A DNA stretch of 64,000 nucleotides. It comes from Phoronis australis. Its lineage: Eukaryota; Animalia; Phoronida. The notes beneath the pieces are model-generated. The model saw only the letters and a program-made list of their open reading frames with translations. It was not told where the DNA came from and searched no databases. Made by a program: the position numbers and the translations under genes. The stretch covers positions 560,433 to 624,432 of the forward strand of contig NMRA01000158.1 of NCBI GenBank assembly GCA_002633005.1, in the 5' to 3' direction. Each line of letters starts with the position of its first letter. Positions within the stretch are counted from its first letter, which is position 1. This document shows, in pieces, positions 60,217 through 64,000 of the stretch.

Positions 60217-63059
60217 ACTGTGCCTTCCCATTCTTTGGAGCACCCATTCAAAAGTGGTCTCTGAAAGTAGCCACTTCATAGAATATTTCTCAAGTCCAAT
60301 AATTGGATCTCAGAGGTCATCAAAAAGCATGCTATTTCGGGCACTTTAAAAAAACAAATGAATAAGGATATTTTTAAGAAGTGTATCAGTTACACCATGT
60401 GAAAATAATCGATATGTTGAAACCATGTACAGGTCAACAGTACCACTAGCACTGAGGGACAGAGACATCTAGTGTTACGTAGCTGATGGTTGAAATAAAA
60501 TTTACAATTTTTACCTTTCTGAACAGCCGTGCACAGGTCATTTTCTGAGCATCTGCCCACGGGCCTATTTTCGGAAATTCCTGGTATATGCCTGCTCTAC
60601 TTTTCAGTGCCGATGTTTCTTTATTATTCGTAATTTAACCAGCTTTGCTTTCTTCAGTAAGGGGATTCGGGTGGAACATGTACTTTTACCGCTCACTGGG
60701 TGCATCATATTCGAGTTTGTTAGACGTTGATATTTTGGTAACTGATGAATATTTTATGAACAAAATGCTGTAAGTAGTACTTGAAATTTCTATTACCTGG
60801 TTTAAAATATGGATTGCATTGCTTGTTAAAGCCCATGCTACCGACTTCTTGCCCTCAAATGTAAAAGTTTTCTTCACTTGAAGCCGGAAGATCCTTAGGT
60901 TGTGTGCCATCATATATGCTTCCTCATGCATGCTGGCAGTAAGTCACATAGGTGTAGAGCAAGTTGCAGCTGTTCCCCCAGGTCTTTATGAACACACCGA
61001 AAGTACGGGTAAGTTAGTTTCAGTCACCAAGAGACTGACAAAAAGTCCAGTAACATTTGTCTTCTTTTCTGTCGATATATTGTGTATATTAAGCCGTCAG
61101 CTAGTCATCGTCTGTTACAGATGGTTTACTACACTCTGCTCCAGACGCAATTAGAGAACGTCTTAATAACCTTTTACGGCAGTGTGTTCATGAAAATCTC
61201 CCCGGAGGCAGGCGAAAGGCTTGGGAGGAGCTAAAATCTCTTCTATCTGATGAAGAAAAAAAGATATGAATAGGATGTCTGTTTATCTGTTGATAAGGTG
61301 AGATTTTGTGTGTGTCCTAAATGTAATTGCTTGAAATATATGTTCACAAAGCCATCTCCTTAATATCACCAGATTCGCCGTACGGTGATTTTCAAGAATG
61401 CAATGATTCTGGAGTTGCTGCGATGGTTTTGAAAATCACCGGTGGCAGTGGTTTCGAAAGCCACTGATTTACCACTGTGGTGATTTGAGGAATCACTAAT
61501 GTAGTTGCAGTATCCATTCACCCGCAAATCATACATACGTCGTGATTTTCAGCATCGCTGCTGAGTGGAAGGCGATTTCCTTATGTTACTGCACGGGATC
61601 ACTGTTGAACTTGGCAAAATCAGTGAGAAATGGAGGAACAAACAAGGTGGTGGGGCAATACAGCAGTATTTTCACTCAGTCGTTAAAAAAAACGGTTTCC
61701 GCTGTCATAAATTCAACACAATCAGATGGTAATAGATAAGAAAAAATTTTAATGTGATTTTGATGCAACTTCCTCAGATAGTATTCACCACACAGTTCCA
61801 AAACTAGTAATTATTACCATCTGATTCAAATTACAATGTTCTGGGGTTAAATTACACTGAAGTTGGTCATTTTCAGACAACAGAATGCTGTTTGCACACA
61901 GTTTGATTGATGTTTTTGCGATTATTGCATAGACTTAAACTCTCTCTCTCTCCCTCCCTCCCTNATACTCAGCAATAACATCCTTGTGTTCTACTACCCT
62001 TGTCACAAGTTAGAACAAATTTTGAAACTGCTATATTGAGGGCAACGTATTTTACAACAAGGTGCAAATCGAGAACGTATACCCTAAAAACGTTGGCATA
62101 TTTTGTTGGAAGTTTTGCTCAATTGGAGTTTGTTTGAGATGAAGTGAGTGAATAAAAACAGACAATTTTCAAATTTATGAAGTTAAGTTCCATTACATCC
62201 GGTTTCTTGGTGTTTTTAGATACTTGAACTGTCTTTGTGTGACAAAAAAAAAACACAAAACGCCAGACTCTTACCCAAATTGGTGAAAATACCATGCAGC
62301 ATCCCACCTTAAACACGCTTTCTCATTGGTTCGAATGTTTTACAGCATGGTTATACCCCCCTTCTGTGATTTGGGGAATTACAATTTGGTGAATCTTGAA
62401 ATCCCTGCAGGTTACCGTGGTGATTTCGAAGTTGTTGCAGTGATTCCGCAAATACGACTAGAGTTGCTTATCATAGTTATTGATCGTGCATTTTATTTTA
62501 CATTGACATAGTGCTGGTCTGATGTAAAGAGAGTCTTTGTCGTGACTATAAACCAAAGTTCTTTATTACAAAACAAATATCATTTTCAGTTACATCCTTG
62601 AATATTGAATTTTTTTTAATGTTTATTATGAATTAATCAGAACAATATATATGTATATGTATATATTTATTTCCACTTGAGAATGAAACAAGTTTGTTTC
62701 GAAATATCATGTGTCTTTTAATCATGTCTCTTGGTCAGTTGCTTCATCAATATTCCGTTGAGTGTTGAATTTTATTCCAAACATATGAACGAAACAGAAT
62801 AAAAACTGTCAATAATGAAAAGTGTTGTGTGTTTTATCAATTCTGCATATCAGAAAACTTGCTCCCGAAGTGCGTTGAAGTTGCTTTTTTCCTGAGGTAT
62901 TGTTGTTCTTAGAACTATTCTCTGTTTCATTGTAGAGTGGTTCAAAACCCAGCAGTACATAACAGCAGGTCAAGGTCAAGGTCACTTGATGTCTATCAGA
63001 ACATTGGTTACTAGAGACTTGTGGGTAAAGTTAAACTTGCTGTCAAACAGCAACCTGTA

Positions 63060-63335
63060 GTCTGTTTCATGAAAGTGACTTTAAGGACTTAACATAGAAA
63101 TTTGATCTTGCTCTCCTGCTTCACAATTTCTGAAAAAGGTTTAGCCAAGTTGTTATGAGTGCATTACAGTCTAGAAATAATTTTTAGAAACTATCTCATT
63201 AAATAGCAGTTTTGTGTGTCTTCTGAGAGACTTTGAACTTTTGCTCAAGTGAAATTTGACTATTTTTCTGAAATTGTTATTTGGAGCATAAGACCAATTT
63301 TCTGACTTAAGTCCTAAGTCACTTTTCAGACCCCT
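63060..63335. mobile_element. MITE family X, copy 3 (opposite orientation)
   Basis: GTCTGTTTCATGAAAGTGACTT ... CTGACTTAAGTCCTAAGTCACTTT. Confidence 0.65.
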
Positions 63336-63584
63336 GGGTTTCTTAAAATTACACCATGCCTATGTTGCCTGTGAAAGAAGTGTTTCGATACACCATTTCT
63401 TAATCTATCCTTACCAAATTTTAAATGTCCTGGCATTAAAAGAGTGCATAAGTTAGGTTTGTAGTTATATATTTTCTTGCAAGCAGATAAATACACTTAG
63501 ATTGCAACTGGAATAAGGTTGAGACTTGAATCGCATATTACAGATGGGTGTGCGGTAATGAGTCACTGGTTGCTGTAGTTACAG

Positions 63585-63709
63585 TGGTGCTAATTGAAAC
63601 TTTACCATGGACCGTCAAACCCTTACCACAGGGTATAACCCTTACCATGGTGATAATTGAAACTTTACCATGGGCCGTCAAACCCTTACCACAGGGTATA
63701 ACTCTTACT
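63585..63709. repeat. Tandem duplication, 2 x 63 bp
   Basis: TAATTGAAACTTTACCATGG.CCGTCAAACCCTTACCACAGGGTATAAC.CTTAC twice. Confidence 0.9.
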
Positions 63710-64000
63710 ATCAGAGTTCAAACCAAATCACTCTCCACAAAACTATCTTCAACACAAAAGCGTAATTGCCACCACATACAGGCACATTTCTCGTGAACTG
63801 CAGCGTTTTTGCACAAAAAATATATGTGGTGAGCTTTTGTGTATGGTAAGAGTTAGGTTTGGTGGTCATGCTCAGCGTACCACCCACCCTCCATTCTCCA
63901 AAATTTATTAAGTACGTATACTTGGCTTGGTGCTCGCTCCTAATTCATGTGATCGACACTGTTTTTAAAAATGCCAGTATCTTCATTTTGTCAATGCCCC

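Noticed and set aside
62739-62790. Terminal DIPK2-like exon (LLH-like codons)
   Set aside because: In the required phase it reads VASSIFR*; the LLH resemblance is out of frame
62967-62984. AGGTCA x3 as a nuclear-receptor enhancer
   Set aside because: TCAAGGTCA runs are common in repeat fragments of such genomes; no independent support

Overview
AT-rich animal (probably marine invertebrate) genomic DNA with GT-AG introns and one 507-N gap (3758-4264). Three spliced genes were reconstructed by hand. (1) A complete 16-exon, 769-aa carnitine O-palmitoyltransferase 1-like gene (+, 13195-32694). (2) A 2-exon, 69-aa single-pass membrane microprotein with a Lys/Glu-rich tail (-, 39113-42169), absent from the ORF track. 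(3) A DIPK2A/DIA1-like divergent secretory-pathway kinase (+, from 48626; 5 coding exons seen, 3' end apparently not in the window), head-to-head with gene 2. The rest is dense in non-autonomous transposons. 1-8850 is a nested stack: a Penelope-like element with inverted pseudo-LTRs and a hammerhead-like motif, interrupted by a TA-flanked Tc1/mariner-type element and by a 5-bp-TSD CAGGG element that carries MITEs and a minisatellite. Helentron-type elements carry arrays of CTCF-like motifs. I see no clear new multi-gene system; the best leads are TE-derived RNA, splicing and chromatin signals. All alignments and coordinates were done by eye; most entries in the ORF track are spurious.
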